DNA of 48,457 nucleotides from Octopus bimaculoides (Eukaryota), in contig NC_068991.1 in the NCBI RefSeq assembly GCF_001194135.2, positions 72,836,060 to 72,884,516 on the forward strand. The letters run 5' to 3'. The position numbers and the translations under genes were made by a program. Below are positions 12,220 through 23,261 of this stretch, piece after piece (the stretch's first letter is position 1; each line of letters opens with the position of its first letter). The notes beneath the pieces were generated by a model. The model had not been told where the DNA came from and made no database searches. It saw only the letters and a list, made by a program, of their open reading frames with translations.

Positions 12220-12389
12220 TTATTTCTTTACTACCCACAAGGGGCTACACACAGAGGGGACAAACACGGACAGACAAACGGATAAAGTCGATTATATCGA
12301 TCCCAGTGCGTAACTGGTACTTATTTAATCGACCCCGAAAGGATGAAAGGCAAAGTCGACCTCGGCGGAATTCGAACTCAGAACGTAAC
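12220..12389 (-). mobile_element. F1 SINE, 5'-truncated, tail type A
   Basis: Matches tail through B-box (GGCGGAATTCGAACTCAGAAC); the head 5' of the B-box is absent. Confidence 0.9.
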
Positions 12390-12757
12390 GTGTGTGTGTG
12401 TGCATGTGTGTGTATGTATGTATGTATGCATGTGTGTATGTATGTATGCATTCATGTGAGTATGTATGCATGTGTGTGTATGTATGTATGTATGCATGTG
12501 TGTGTATGCATGTATGTTCGCATGTATCAGTATGTATGTATGTGTTCATGTGTGTGTGTGTGTGTGTGTGTGTGTATGCATGTATGCATGTGTGTATGTA
12601 TACATGTGTGTATACATGTATGTATGTATACATCTGTCTCTCTACCTGTCGCAGGGAAACAAACCAACAAACAAGTAGGGGGAGACGAACACAGACAAAT
12701 GTCCACACACACACACACACACATGCACACACACATGCACACACAAACACAAATATA
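12390..12757. repeat. (TG)n/(TATG)n/(CA)n compound microsatellite
   Basis: Seen directly, with a short F2-like remnant (GGGGGAGACGAACACAGAC) near 12680. Confidence 0.88.
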
Positions 12758-12759
12758 TA

Positions 12760-13436
12760 CGTGATATGATCAATAAGTATCTGGCCTGTAACGAAGCTAA
12801 GGCACGCAGAGTAAATCTGCTTGGCACAGATTGATCTTGAACTCTGCTGTGCATGTTCACTAAGTTCTAACGTCCTAGCTTACTTCCGCTGTTTGCAGCA
12901 GTGCTTGGAAGGAAGGTGTGTAGCATGTGATCGTCGCGTTGACCACGACAGAGAAAGTTGAGCAGAGAATCTGCCTCAAATTTTGTCAAAAGCTTGGCGA
13001 TACTAATCTGCGCATCATCTGATAAATCACTTCACAGCTGCTCGCACATCTGCGATGTTTTTTCTCAGTTCTGCTGGTTGTGAGTCTCCCATAGCGTACG
13101 TCAATATCAACCTATTTACGGTCATCTTGGAAACGTCTGAACCACTCGTACACTTGCGTGCGGCTCATACACTCCTCTCCATACACTTTCTGCGACTTTG
13201 CGTAGGTAGGCCTCTGAGCAGGTATCACCATGACAACTTCCTCTGTCATAGTCAATGCGACGATCACACGCTACACACCTTTCCAAGTACTACTGCAAAC
13301 AACGTGAGCTAGAACGATAAAACTTAGTGCGCATGCACAGCAGAGGCCAAAGTCAATCTGTGCCAAGCAGCTTCACTCTGCATGCGTCAGCGTCGTTGTT
13401 ATGGCAACAGTCCGGATACTTATTGATCAGAACTCG
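12760..13436. mobile_element. Mariner-derived non-autonomous element built from two inverted left ends
   Basis: TA flanks at 12758-59 and 13437-38. TIRs are CGTGATATGATCAATAAGTATCTGGCCTGT and, reverse-complemented, CGAGTTCTGATCAATAAGTATCCGGACTGT. Arms are about 200 bp and inverted. The plus arm encodes TEKVEQRICLKFCQKLGDT and the minus arm VYGEECMSRTQVYEWFRRFQD, both mariner N-terminal HTH motifs. Confidence 0.88.
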
Positions 13437-13470
<34 letters not shown>

Positions 13471-13580
13471 GCTTGAACTTCCACATGAAATGTCGGCAAA
13501 ACATTGAAGAAAGAAAGAACACTGCTCAGCTGTGTCCCGCAGAAGCCCCATTTGTCGGAATCACGAGATAAACCAATATA

Positions 13581-13675
13581 TTCTTTTATTATTTTATTCT
13601 TTTACTTGTTTCAGTCATTTGACTGCGACCATGCTGGGGTACCGCCCTGAAGAGTTTTAGTCGAACAAATAGATA
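13581..13675 (-). mobile_element. F2 SINE 3' end (interrupted copy)
   Basis: TTTTACTTGTTTCAGTCATTTGACTGCGACCATGCTGG...AGTCGAACAAAT matches the F2 tail. Confidence 0.85.
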
Positions 13676-13836
13676 CATTATTTACATTATGTACATTGTT
13701 TACAATTGACGGGTATTTGTCCTCATCTTGTTTGTTTTTAACACAACGTTTCGGCTGATATACCTTCCAGCCTTCATCAGGTGTCTTGGGGAAATTTCGA
13801 ACCTAGGTTCTCATTGCTAAGGTATTTTTCGATGTT
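13676..13836 (-). mobile_element. Short hammerhead-bearing retroelement fragment (Penelope-like or retrozyme-like), family H1
   Basis: About 160 bp unrelated to F2, replacing the F2 middle. It contains a minimal hammerhead motif and ends in 9-bp AATGTA(C/A)AT-like repeats. Confidence 0.6.
13741..13784 (-). ncRNA. Minimal type I hammerhead ribozyme motif, canonical core
   Basis: The minus strand reads ACAC CUGAUGA A GGCUG GAAGGUAUAU CAGCC GAA ACGU U GUGU. That gives stem I ACAC/GUGU, core CUGAUGA, stem II GGCUG/CAGCC, GAAA, palindromic ACGU stem III and a GUU cleavage triplet. Activity is untested. Confidence 0.8.
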
Positions 13837-13838
13837 TT

Positions 13839-13945
13839 CGAGGCTATACTAGAAGACACTTGCCCAAGGGGCCATGCAGTGGGACTGAACGCGGAACTAT
13901 GTGGTTGAGAAGCAAGTTTCTTACCTCACAACCATGCCTGCGCTT
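13839..13945 (-). mobile_element. F2 SINE head (interrupted copy)
   Basis: GAGGCTATACTAGAAGACACTTGCCCAAGG...CCATGCCTGCGC is the reverse complement of the F2 head and CORE-like region. Confidence 0.85.
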
Positions 13946-13984
13946 ATATATATGTATATATGAGTGTGTGTGCATACACACAAT

Positions 13985-14408
13985 AAGCGCAGGAATGGCT
14001 GTGTGGTAAGTAGCTTGCTTACGAACCACATGGTTCCGGGTTGAGTTCCACTGCGTGGCACCTTGGGCAAGTGTCTTCAAATATAGCTTCGGGCCGTCCA
14101 GAGCCTTGTGAGTGGATTTGGTAGACAGAAACTGAAAGAAGCCCGTCGTATATGAAAGAAGCCCGTATATAAATATATATGTATGTGTGTGTGTGTGTGT
14201 GTGTTTGTCCCCTCCAACATCGCTTGACAACCGATGATGATGTGTTTACGTCGCCGTAACTTAGTGGTTCAGCAAAAGAGACCGATAGAATAAGTACTAG
14301 GCTTACAAAGAATAAGTCCTAGGGTCGATTTGCTCGACTAAAGGCGGTGCTCCAGCATGGCCGCAGTCAAATGACTGAAACAAGTAAAAGACTAAAAGAG
14401 TAAAAAAG
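13985..14408 (+). mobile_element. F2 CORE-like tRNA-derived SINE, full length
   Basis: Head GCGCAGGAATGGCTGTGTGGTAAG, B-box-like GGGTTGAGTTCC and CORE-like GTGGCACCTTGGGCAAGTGTCTT. Internal (TA)/(TG) run at about 14165-14205; tail GAAACAAGTAAAAGACTAAAAGAG. Confidence 0.9.
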
Positions 14409-14494
14409 TACACACAGCACACACTCATATATCTGTGTGTGTGCGGGTATGTGTATGTATATATGTGTGTGTATGATAGTGTGTGTGCGCATGC

Positions 14495-14531
<37 letters not shown>

Positions 14532-14556
14532 CACATATACATATGTACATATAGAA

Positions 14557-14730
14557 CAGGCTTATCACAATTTCCATTTACCAAATTTACTCACAAGACA
14601 TTGCCCGTCCGGGGTGGGAACTTGGCTATAGAAGTAGAAACGTTTTAAAAATGGCGGCCAGTCGGTTGGAACCGGAAACCTCATGATTACGAAGCTTACA
14701 GTTTAGCCACAGAGCCATGTCTGCCACTCA
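14557..14730 (-). mobile_element. F2 SINE head, degenerate
   Basis: CAATTTCCATTTACCAAATTTACTCACAAG...GCCACAGAGCCATGTCTGCC is a diverged reverse complement of the F2 head. Confidence 0.6.
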
Positions 14731-15404
14731 GAACAACGGCATGGTTACTCAATAGGACAAATGGCTGGACACATACCCACCGCAATGTACATGTTCTCGA
14801 GTATTTCTCCCGCATTTTCTTCATAGTCAAGATATTAATTTAAGCTGTTTAGTAAAGCTAACTATTTGATAGCTGGCTTCTCTTTTGAAACATGTATTAA
14901 ATCATTTTATTTATATTTTTTCCTTTCATCAAAACATTCTACTTTATTTTTGCTTTTAATTTTTATAGTTTTTTCTTTACGCATCTCATTCATTACACTC
15001 ATTAATCATTTATTTCCAATATATTATTTATTCATTCGATCTCCGCTAGTTTTTCTCCGTTCATTGATTTTATTACATTTTTTGTTATAATTTGTATTTT
15101 TGGTTTCTTTTAGTCTTTTCTCTTTCTTTTCTTCATTTTCATAATTTCTCGTTTTTTCTTTCAGTTCGGTCTTTGCATAATCGTTTCTTGCTTTCTCTTT
15201 TCTTTTCTTTTCTTTTCTTTGTCGTTTAATTTTCTTTGTATTTATTTTGTTTTCATTTTTTTATTTGTTTGTTTGTTTCTTTCTTTCTTTTTGATCCTTT
15301 CATCTATTTTTCTTTCTGCTATTTACTTTCATTCTTTCCTTCCTTTCGTCTTTATTGCTTTCTCTAATTTACTTTCATTTATCATTACGTCATTTTTATT
15401 TTCT

Positions 15405-15426
15405 TTCTTTCTTTCATTCTTTCTTC

Positions 15427-15469
<43 letters not shown>

Positions 15470-15706
15470 TCNNNNNNNNNNNNNNNNNNNNNNNNNNNNN
15501 NNNNNNNNNNNNNNNNNNNNNNNNNNNNNNNNNNNNNNNNNNNNNNNNNNNNNNNNNNNNNNNNNNNNNNNNNNNNNNNNNNNNNNNNNNNNNNNNNNNN
15601 NNNNNNNNNNNNNNNNNNNNNNNNNNNNNNNNNNNNNNNNNNNNNNNNNNNNNNNNNNNNNNNNNNNNNNNNNNNNNNNNNNNNNNNNNNNNNNNNNNNN
15701 NNNNNN

Positions 15707-15739
<33 letters not shown>

Positions 15740-15777
15740 TTTCTTTCTTTCTTTCTTTCTTTTTTCTTCCTTCCTTC

Positions 15778-15856
<79 letters not shown>

Positions 15857-15860
15857 TCCT
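15405..15860. repeat. (TTTC)n microsatellite spanning an assembly gap (N 15472-15706)
   Basis: Seen directly. Confidence 0.93.
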
Positions 15861-16094
15861 TCTCTTACTTTTTCTACTCATATTTCCTTTTCTACCTTCG
15901 AACTGCGCCGATCATGTAGTTAGCATCACTTAAACTATGACAAGACACAGATCGATAGCAGCATCTGGTCCGGCACAAATCACATTTCCTGTCGGACGCG
16001 AGTAAGCTTCTCCAAGCTTCGCCATTTCCTTCCTTCCATGATCAGTTCTGATTTACATCATACAATTAAATCGATTCCTGATATTACACCACCA

Positions 16095-16132
16095 AGACTA
16101 CCAACACCGCCACGGCCACCGCCACCACCACC

Positions 16133-16164
<32 letters not shown>

Positions 16165-16400
16165 CAACAACAATAAGCACCATCATCACCATCACCAATA
16201 ACATCACCATCAACACTAATACCGTCACTACCAGCATCACCACCACCACAACCTGCATCACTGCCACAACCTCTAACGCCACCAACAACAACACCGCCAA
16301 CATCAACGCCATCACCACCTCTACCACCACCAAAACCACCACCACCACCACCAAAACCACCACCACCACCACCAACACCACCTACACCGACACAATTATC
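16095..16400. repeat. (CAC)n/(CAA)n/(CAT)n degenerate trinucleotide tract
   Basis: Seen directly; it explains the Pro/Thr-rich ORF. Confidence 0.88.
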
Positions 16401-16769
16401 ACACCACATCCTTCCCCACCCTGCACATATTCACATTTGCGATCATCCACACATAGTCACAAGAGAAAAAATTCCTTCTTACAGGCTACGGGATTGTCCA
16501 TTAAAAAAGAAAAAGACAAAAACCAATAGTCACATTTAATTTTGAATTTATTTGTTATATATTATTGGTATTGCAGGTTTCAGTACAGTTGTTAGTTGAG
16601 GTTTTATATAATCAAATTGTATTAAGGAAATATTACTGAACAATTTATTTTCATCTGTTGCTGCTGTTGTTGTTGGTGCACTTCAACTCCCTTTTCACAG
16701 ATATGTACGCATTTGTGTGTATGTATGTATGTATGTATGTATGTATGTATGTATGTATGNNNNNNNNNN

Positions 16770-16808
<39 letters not shown>

Positions 16809-17002
16809 ATGACTTGAGATGTTTGCCTTGCCTTAACGTTTGTTGTCCTCTGTAACAATTATATATCTGCTATGTCAGAAATATACAATGGCTCCGTAAC
16901 TACTGTCTCAGCTATAACCTTGGAGCCCTGGTAACCCCTTCCAGCACTTACCTAGCGTATCTAGTCGTTTAGATCACCTGTGAACTAAACCACCCCATAC
17001 TG

Positions 17003-17035
<33 letters not shown>

Positions 17036-17981
17036 NNNNNNNNNNNNNNNNNNNNNNNNNNNNNNNNNNNNNNNNNNNNNNNNNNNNNNNNNNNNNNNNN
17101 NNNNNNNNNNNNNNNNNNNNNNNNNNNNNNNNNNNNNNNNNNNGTGTGTGCGTGTATATGTATATATATGTATATATTACTCAATCCATGAAGAATGTAT
17201 TTATATTGAAAACGAGTCAGGTTCATCTTACGATTTTCTTCAGGCCTCTGCTCTCGCTTAAAGATTGCTGTGGCATGAAACTCTAGTTGCGAGAAAACTC
17301 CCAAACTCTCAGTTTCAGTTTCGATATAAAATCATATATATATATATATATATATATATACATGTGTGTGTTTGTGTTTGTTTGTGTGTGTGTGCGTGTA
17401 TGTGTGTGCATTATGTTTGTGTGCTTGGGTATCATTTAACAATATTATTTGTCCTTGTTTTACTTCTTTATTTCTGTGCGTACATATGCATTTCCTGTTC
17501 TATTAATATTACCATCAGATTCTCCTATGAACACAACAGTTCCATTTTCATGACGATATGAAATTTGTTTTGTTTTGTCCAACTCAGATTGATTCTTTGT
17601 TTCCACAGCTACCATCACACAATTAATAAAATCACGTATTAAAAACAAGTGTTTCCAATTTTCAAAGCGAACCAACGATTTCTATACTACCATATTTATT
17701 GTGTTACTTCGTTTACCGTCAGCGTTGATCAATGAAATCTATGTTCAGATGTCACCCGCTCGTTAGCATCATATGTAGTTTGAAATAGCTACAACATTTA
17801 CTTTTAAAACTTCAAGGAGAGATTTGTGGAAGATGTGAATGCTATTTATGGTAGATCGAGGGTCTCCGGACAAAATCATGATTCATTATTTGTCAGAAAT
17901 TGTCGTCAATGGAAATATTTTCTCAGTATCTATCGACATAACCAGGGTACAATTTCTTATTTTAACTAGAGGAATTATAGT

Positions 17982-18015
<34 letters not shown>

Positions 18016-18543
18016 NNNNNNNNNNNNNNNNNNNNNNNNNNNNNNNNNNNNNNNNNNNNNNNNNNNNNNNNNNNNNNNNNNNNNNNNNNNNNNNNNNNNN
18101 NNNNNNNNNNNNNNNNNNNNNNNNNNNNNNNNNNNNNNNNNNNNNNNNNNNNNNNNNNNNNNNNNNNNNNNNNNNNNNNNNNNNNNNNNNNNNNNNNNNN
18201 NNNNNNNNNNNNNNNNNNNNNNNNNNNNNNNNNNNNNNNNNNNNNNNNNNNNNNNNNNNNNNNNNNNNNNNNNNNNNNNNNNNNNNNNNNNNNNNNNNNN
18301 NNNNNNNNNNNNNNNNNNNNNNNNNNNNNNNNNNNNNNNNNNNNNNNNNNNNNNNNNNNNNNNNNNNNNNNNNNNNNNNNNNNNNNNNNNNNNNNNNNNN
18401 NNNNNNNNNNNNNNNNNNNNNNNNNNNNNNNNNNNNNNNNNNNNNNNNNNNNNNNNNNNNNNNNNNNNNNNNNNNNNNNNNNNNNNNNNNNNNNNNNNNN
18501 NNNNNNNNNNNNNNNNNNNNNNNNNNNNNNNNNNNNNNNNNNN
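18016..18543. other. Assembly gap flanked by (TA)n
   Basis: Run of N. Other gaps: 15472-15706, 16760-16769, 17036-17143, 34415-34482, 36071-36080, 37113-37362, 37985-38620, 41751-42000, 45380-45801. Confidence 0.99.
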
Positions 18544-18819
18544 ATATATATATATATACATGTGTGTGTGTGTGCGTGCGTGCGTGCATGCACATACATA
18601 TATATTTTATGATGTAATGTGTTTTGTACCTTATATATTCATAACGATTTTATTAAATTATATTAGACTTCAATTTGAAACACATTTTATTATTAGATCG
18701 AATTCAAATTTCATTTTCCCGAAATCTCTATAATAAAGTATCAGTGCTCTTCTTATTTATTTATTCGTATATTCATATATTTAAATGAATAATTTCAATC
18801 TTACGTATCAATAATGAAT

Positions 18820-19095
18820 GTATATATGTATATATATATATATTTATATATATATTTACATATGCCTATATATATATATGTGTGTTTGCGTGCGTGTATT
18901 GATATATATATATATATACATATGTGTATATATGCATATGCATATATAAAATTATATGTAACTATTTGTGGGTGTATGTGTGCGAATATACATACACGCA
19001 GATCTATAAACACATACATACACACACACATAGTTACATATCTACAAGCATACATATGTATATATACATACGCATACGTATATATATTTATGTAA
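18820..19095. repeat. (TA)/(TG)/(CA) compound microsatellite region
   Basis: Seen directly. Confidence 0.85.
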
Positions 19096-19599
19096 CAAAA
19101 CAGACATTAATGTATACAAAGTTAAGAAAAATACTTCGAAGCATGAAGCAGAGTGAAATGGTTTATCCATCTTATAATAACAATATCTTGTACGCATGTA
19201 CGTATGTAGCGACACTGTATTTTAATGTATATATAATCATGCGCTGCTCTCATTTACTAAACGCAACTTATGGATGTACAGCAAAAACTTTGTGGGATGC
19301 ATCACTATTCATAAGCCCTCAACATGTACAGATACATGAACGGACACACCTACCTACCTCAATTACACAGAAATAGTCACATATATATATAAAATACAGT
19401 CGTTGCGGGCAGAAGCTCACGAACTAATTTGAAGCGTTATTTTCTTTTACACATAACCAAAAAATGTTTACAATAAAGCGTTTCTAAGACAATCTATAAA
19501 CTCATTTGAAACCAGAAATGCATGCTTTAGAATTATAAATATAATTTTATTATTAAACATTCGCTTTATGTTTATTTTTCAGAGTCTTATAGTACTATA

Positions 19600-19822
19600 G
19601 TGGAGGCGCAATAGCCCAGTGGTTAGGGCAGTGGACTCGCGATCATAGGCTCGCGGTTTCGATTCCCAGACCGAGCATTGTGAGTTTTTATTGAGCGAAA
19701 ACACCTAAAGCTCCACGAGGCTCTGGCAGAAGATGATTGCGAACCCTTCTGTATTCTTTCACCACAACTTTTTCTCACTCTTACTTCCTGTTTCTGTTGT
19801 GCCTGTAATTCAAAGGGTCAGC
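19600..19822 (+). mobile_element. F3 tRNA-derived SINE, 3'-truncated
   Basis: GTGGAGGCGCAATAGCCCAGTGGTTAGG (A-box) and GGTTTCGATTCCC (B-box); colinear with 21220-21420. Confidence 0.88.
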
Positions 19823-21219
19823 GTAATCGTCTTTTGTTTTTTATGGTAGGCACAGAAATAGCGGTTTTAGCGCAGACGTTTTAGCACAACGTATTTGGCA
19901 TCGTTGATTTGGCATTGACTTATCTGCCTTCAAACTCTTTCTGTCGTTTCAACGTTTCACTCATTCTCTTCCCTACTCTGTCTGTCTGACTGTCTCTCTG
20001 TTTATGTGACACCATATCGTACCATTCCGCAGAATTAAGGATATATTTTCTTCTTTGGCAGCTTATAGACTTTAGAACATGTCATGCAAGATTTTTTTGA
20101 TATCTGTATCCTTAAGGAATTTCAGTTTTTCTTTCTGAAGGTATAACTAACAAAAAAGAAGAAAGAAATGGCTTAATATAGCGATTCGTGTTATAATTAG
20201 AACATTCCACGCCAAGTTTCAAACATTTAAAGAAATTTCTGATACAATTCCATTTAAGAAAAATCTAAAAATATATTTTTTGACATTTGAAAATATTTTT
20301 AAAAAAGATATTGCCAAAAGGAACATTACAAAATAGCTCTGTTGTCTATTTTCTTCAACTACAATTTTAACCTCGTCTTTCTTATCGGAATTATTGTCGT
20401 TAAAGATTACATTATGAAAATCCGGAAATATCCGGAGTTTGGTTTTCCTTCTTAAATCTCAGTACGCAATTTTGTAAAACAATTTTTCTCTTAAAAATGT
20501 TATTCAGAGCCTGTGGAAGAAGTATTGCTACCTTTGGAGGGGAAAAACTTATTTAAATTATAATATACATTACATTTTAACGTGCCAAATACACGGAAAC
20601 AGGTTCTGTTAATTTGTTTTTGTCTTGGTGTGTATAATAGACAGACAATTTGTTCATTGTGATGTCGACTGTTGTAGAAACATCATTTATTTATCTACTT
20701 ATATATTTATCTATTTACTTTTAGCGTGTCAAAATAGACGAGGGCATTTATTTCACATCCACTATTGAAAGTTGTTTTATTTGAGTTTGTTTTCGTGCAA
20801 GAATAAACAAGAACGTTTGTTTGTGGTTCAATATCGAATATATGACAGTTCATATATTGTTTCATTTCTTTATTTGTCTAAAAATAAACAACAATATTTA
20901 TTTGTTTGTTTGTTGGTCAATTGTTCTTAAACGCTGTGTAAGTTTTACTTTTATAAATGTTCTGGAAATAGATGAGAACATTTGTTTGCGTTTCAACCAC
21001 AAATATTTGGGATTTATTTAGTTGTCTACTTACAAATAATTCTAGATTTTCAAAGTCTGTAAAAAAGGTAAAGAAGAATATAAACATATATGAAAAGTAG
21101 TTCATTGTCAAATCGAGTTCTTGTTGCTGGTACTGCTGACTTGCAAAAATATATTTTCTGGTCTGGGTCGGTTTCTTATACCTACTTACCTTCCTTCCTT
21201 CCTTCCTTCCTACATACAT

Positions 21220-21600
21220 GTGGAGGCGCAATGGCCCAGTGGTTAGGGCAGCAGACTCGCGGTTTCGATTCTCAGACCGGGCTTTGTGAGGGTTTATTGA
21301 GCGAAAACATCTAAAGCTCCACAAGGCTCCGGCAGGGGATGGTGACGAACCCTGCTGTACTTTTTCACCACAACTTTCTCTCACTCTTACTTCCTGCTTG
21401 TGTTGTGCCTGTAATTCAAAGGGTCAGCCTTGTTACACTGTGTCACGCTGAATATCCCCGAGAACTACGTTAAGGGTACACGTGTCTGTGGAGTGCTCAG
21501 CCACTTGCACGTTAATTTCACAAGCAGGCTGTTCCGTTGATCGGATCAACTGGAACCCTCGTCGTCGTAACCGACGGAGTGCCAACATAAACAACAACAT
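21220..21600 (+). mobile_element. F3 tRNA-derived SINE, near full length, (AAC)n tail
   Basis: A-box TGGCCCAGTGG, B-box GGTTTCGATTCTC, 3' end CGTAACCGACGGAGTGCC plus AAC repeats. Possible TSD TACATACAT at 21211-21219 and 21600-21608. Confidence 0.9.
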
Positions 21601-21966
21601 ACATACATAGTCTAGATATGCAACTTATAGCTTCATCAGAGGCTCGAATATGAAGTGCAAATTATTGGGAAAATTACAGTTTCAGAGCCTACATTCATTA
21701 GGAGAGAGAAAGTTAATGTTGCTGCCTATGGAAGGATCTAACCCACAGAATATGAGAACAAGCTGTAGTAATTTCTAGTTTTTAATTTTCATTTTATAAT
21801 TTTTGACATTGTATTTTTGATATTTGATAAGATGGATATACACATCGATGCCGGTAATATTTTATGTATATATATATTATGTGTGTGTGTGTGTGTGTGT
21901 GTGTAACTGATAATTCTTTATTTATCTCGTTTATAATCTGTTAACTGAAAATCACACGAAAATCAC

Positions 21967-22006
21967 ACAGAACCTAAACAAGCCTACTGGCTTGTTTAGG
22001 TTCTGT
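21967..22006. repeat. Perfect 18-bp inverted repeat with a 4-nt loop
   Basis: ACAGAACCTAAACAAGCC-TACT-GGCTTGTTTAGGTTCTGT. Confidence 0.97.
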
Positions 22007-23261
22007 TGGTTCGTATCATACCCTCCTCCCATGCTTAAATACAAACCAGGGACAGTTGTAGTAGTCGAAACTCCACACACACACACACACACACACCAAT
22101 AATGGGTACAACGCCTAGACCACGCAGCGATTATTTTATCAACGACAGGCTGAAGATTTGTTGATCGTTTTTAGTTGTATTCATGATGAAAAACTTTTCC
22201 TCCATGTACAGCTCACCAATCACAGTTCTGCTTTCCTTCCAACATCTAACGTCAGTCAAGAAGTAGCTTGAAACTCTGCCCACCCTCATTACATTGCTAA
22301 TATTGTGTCTCTCACTACTTATTAAATCTCTTATATTTTAAGCTCCGTACTTTCATGTTCCAGGCACTCATTGATTTTTGAATTCACAGTCGTTTGAGCA
22401 GCCAAAATAACTTTGCTGACTGAGGAAATGCGATAGCTTTCTTCAATGCGTTTTACATCTTCCAGTTTTTAGTAGCGTTCAGTAGTCGTTGTGAACGCTT
22501 TCGTACAATAAAACTATTATTTGTCGTTCAACTTGAATATAATATTAGTGTAAACAACATTTTCGTTGACATGGTGAAGTCCTCGTTTGAGGTTTTATGT
22601 TGCCATGATATAATAGCGCTTTCTTCCTCTCTGTACTTGCGGCACTGTTACAGCAATAAAATTGATTTCCCTCTCCTTTCATTCTTAAAACATGTCCCTT
22701 ACCGGCTTAAGAGAACGTTTGTAGTATGATTTATATTGGGCGTGAATTTATTGTCAACGGATTACATGAAGGAATGAGAAAAGGCCTTCAGTGCATAATA
22801 GGCAATTTATCTTAGCATCTGAAACAAATTATTATATAAACGTAAAACAAATAATTCGGAAGTAAAATCCCTTTTGCAAAGATACAGGGGTCGAAAAAAA
22901 TCATATCAATCGCAGACAATGAAATACAGTGAGACTTCAAAAATTCTTAGATTATCAGATTTATCACTGTGTATAAAAGCATTGAAAAGATTCGTGGATG
23001 AAACGACGATCTTTGGCGGTAGGGTGACAAACCTAAAAACCTCAGAACATTTGATCTTCCACTATATTCTGTATTTCCTTTGACAGTTTTTCCAGTATTA
23101 GCATTCAAGCTTTTGTGGCAATTTATATGTGATCACGAGATAAATTGTATAGTGTGTAATGGACAGGTTTTCTTTTATCACTATTCATTCATTTAATCTA
23201 TTGACAATATAGATTCTATATAATTCTTATCATGCACTCATCTTTTCTATACATTTATATA

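Noticed and set aside
12069-12764. 231-aa ORF and overlapping ORFs
   Set aside because: It is made of (TATG)/(TG) microsatellite plus an antisense F1 SINE; the peptide RPRKDERQSRPRRN recurs wherever F1 occurs.
16038-16529. 163-aa Pro/Thr-rich mucin-like ORF
   Set aside because: It is a translation of (CAC)/(CAA)/(CAT) repeats, open on both strands, with no non-repetitive domain or convincing splice context.
17817-17946. Plus-strand 130-nt open segment between AG and GT (ERFVEDVNAIYGRS...YRHNQ)
   Set aside because: Weak AAG acceptor and GTACAA donor, and no recognisable protein similarity.
21220-21300. tRNA gene calls at SINE heads (also 19600, 31194, 6458, 35022)
   Set aside because: A- and B-boxes are present, but there is no complete cloverleaf and each continues into a repeated SINE body.
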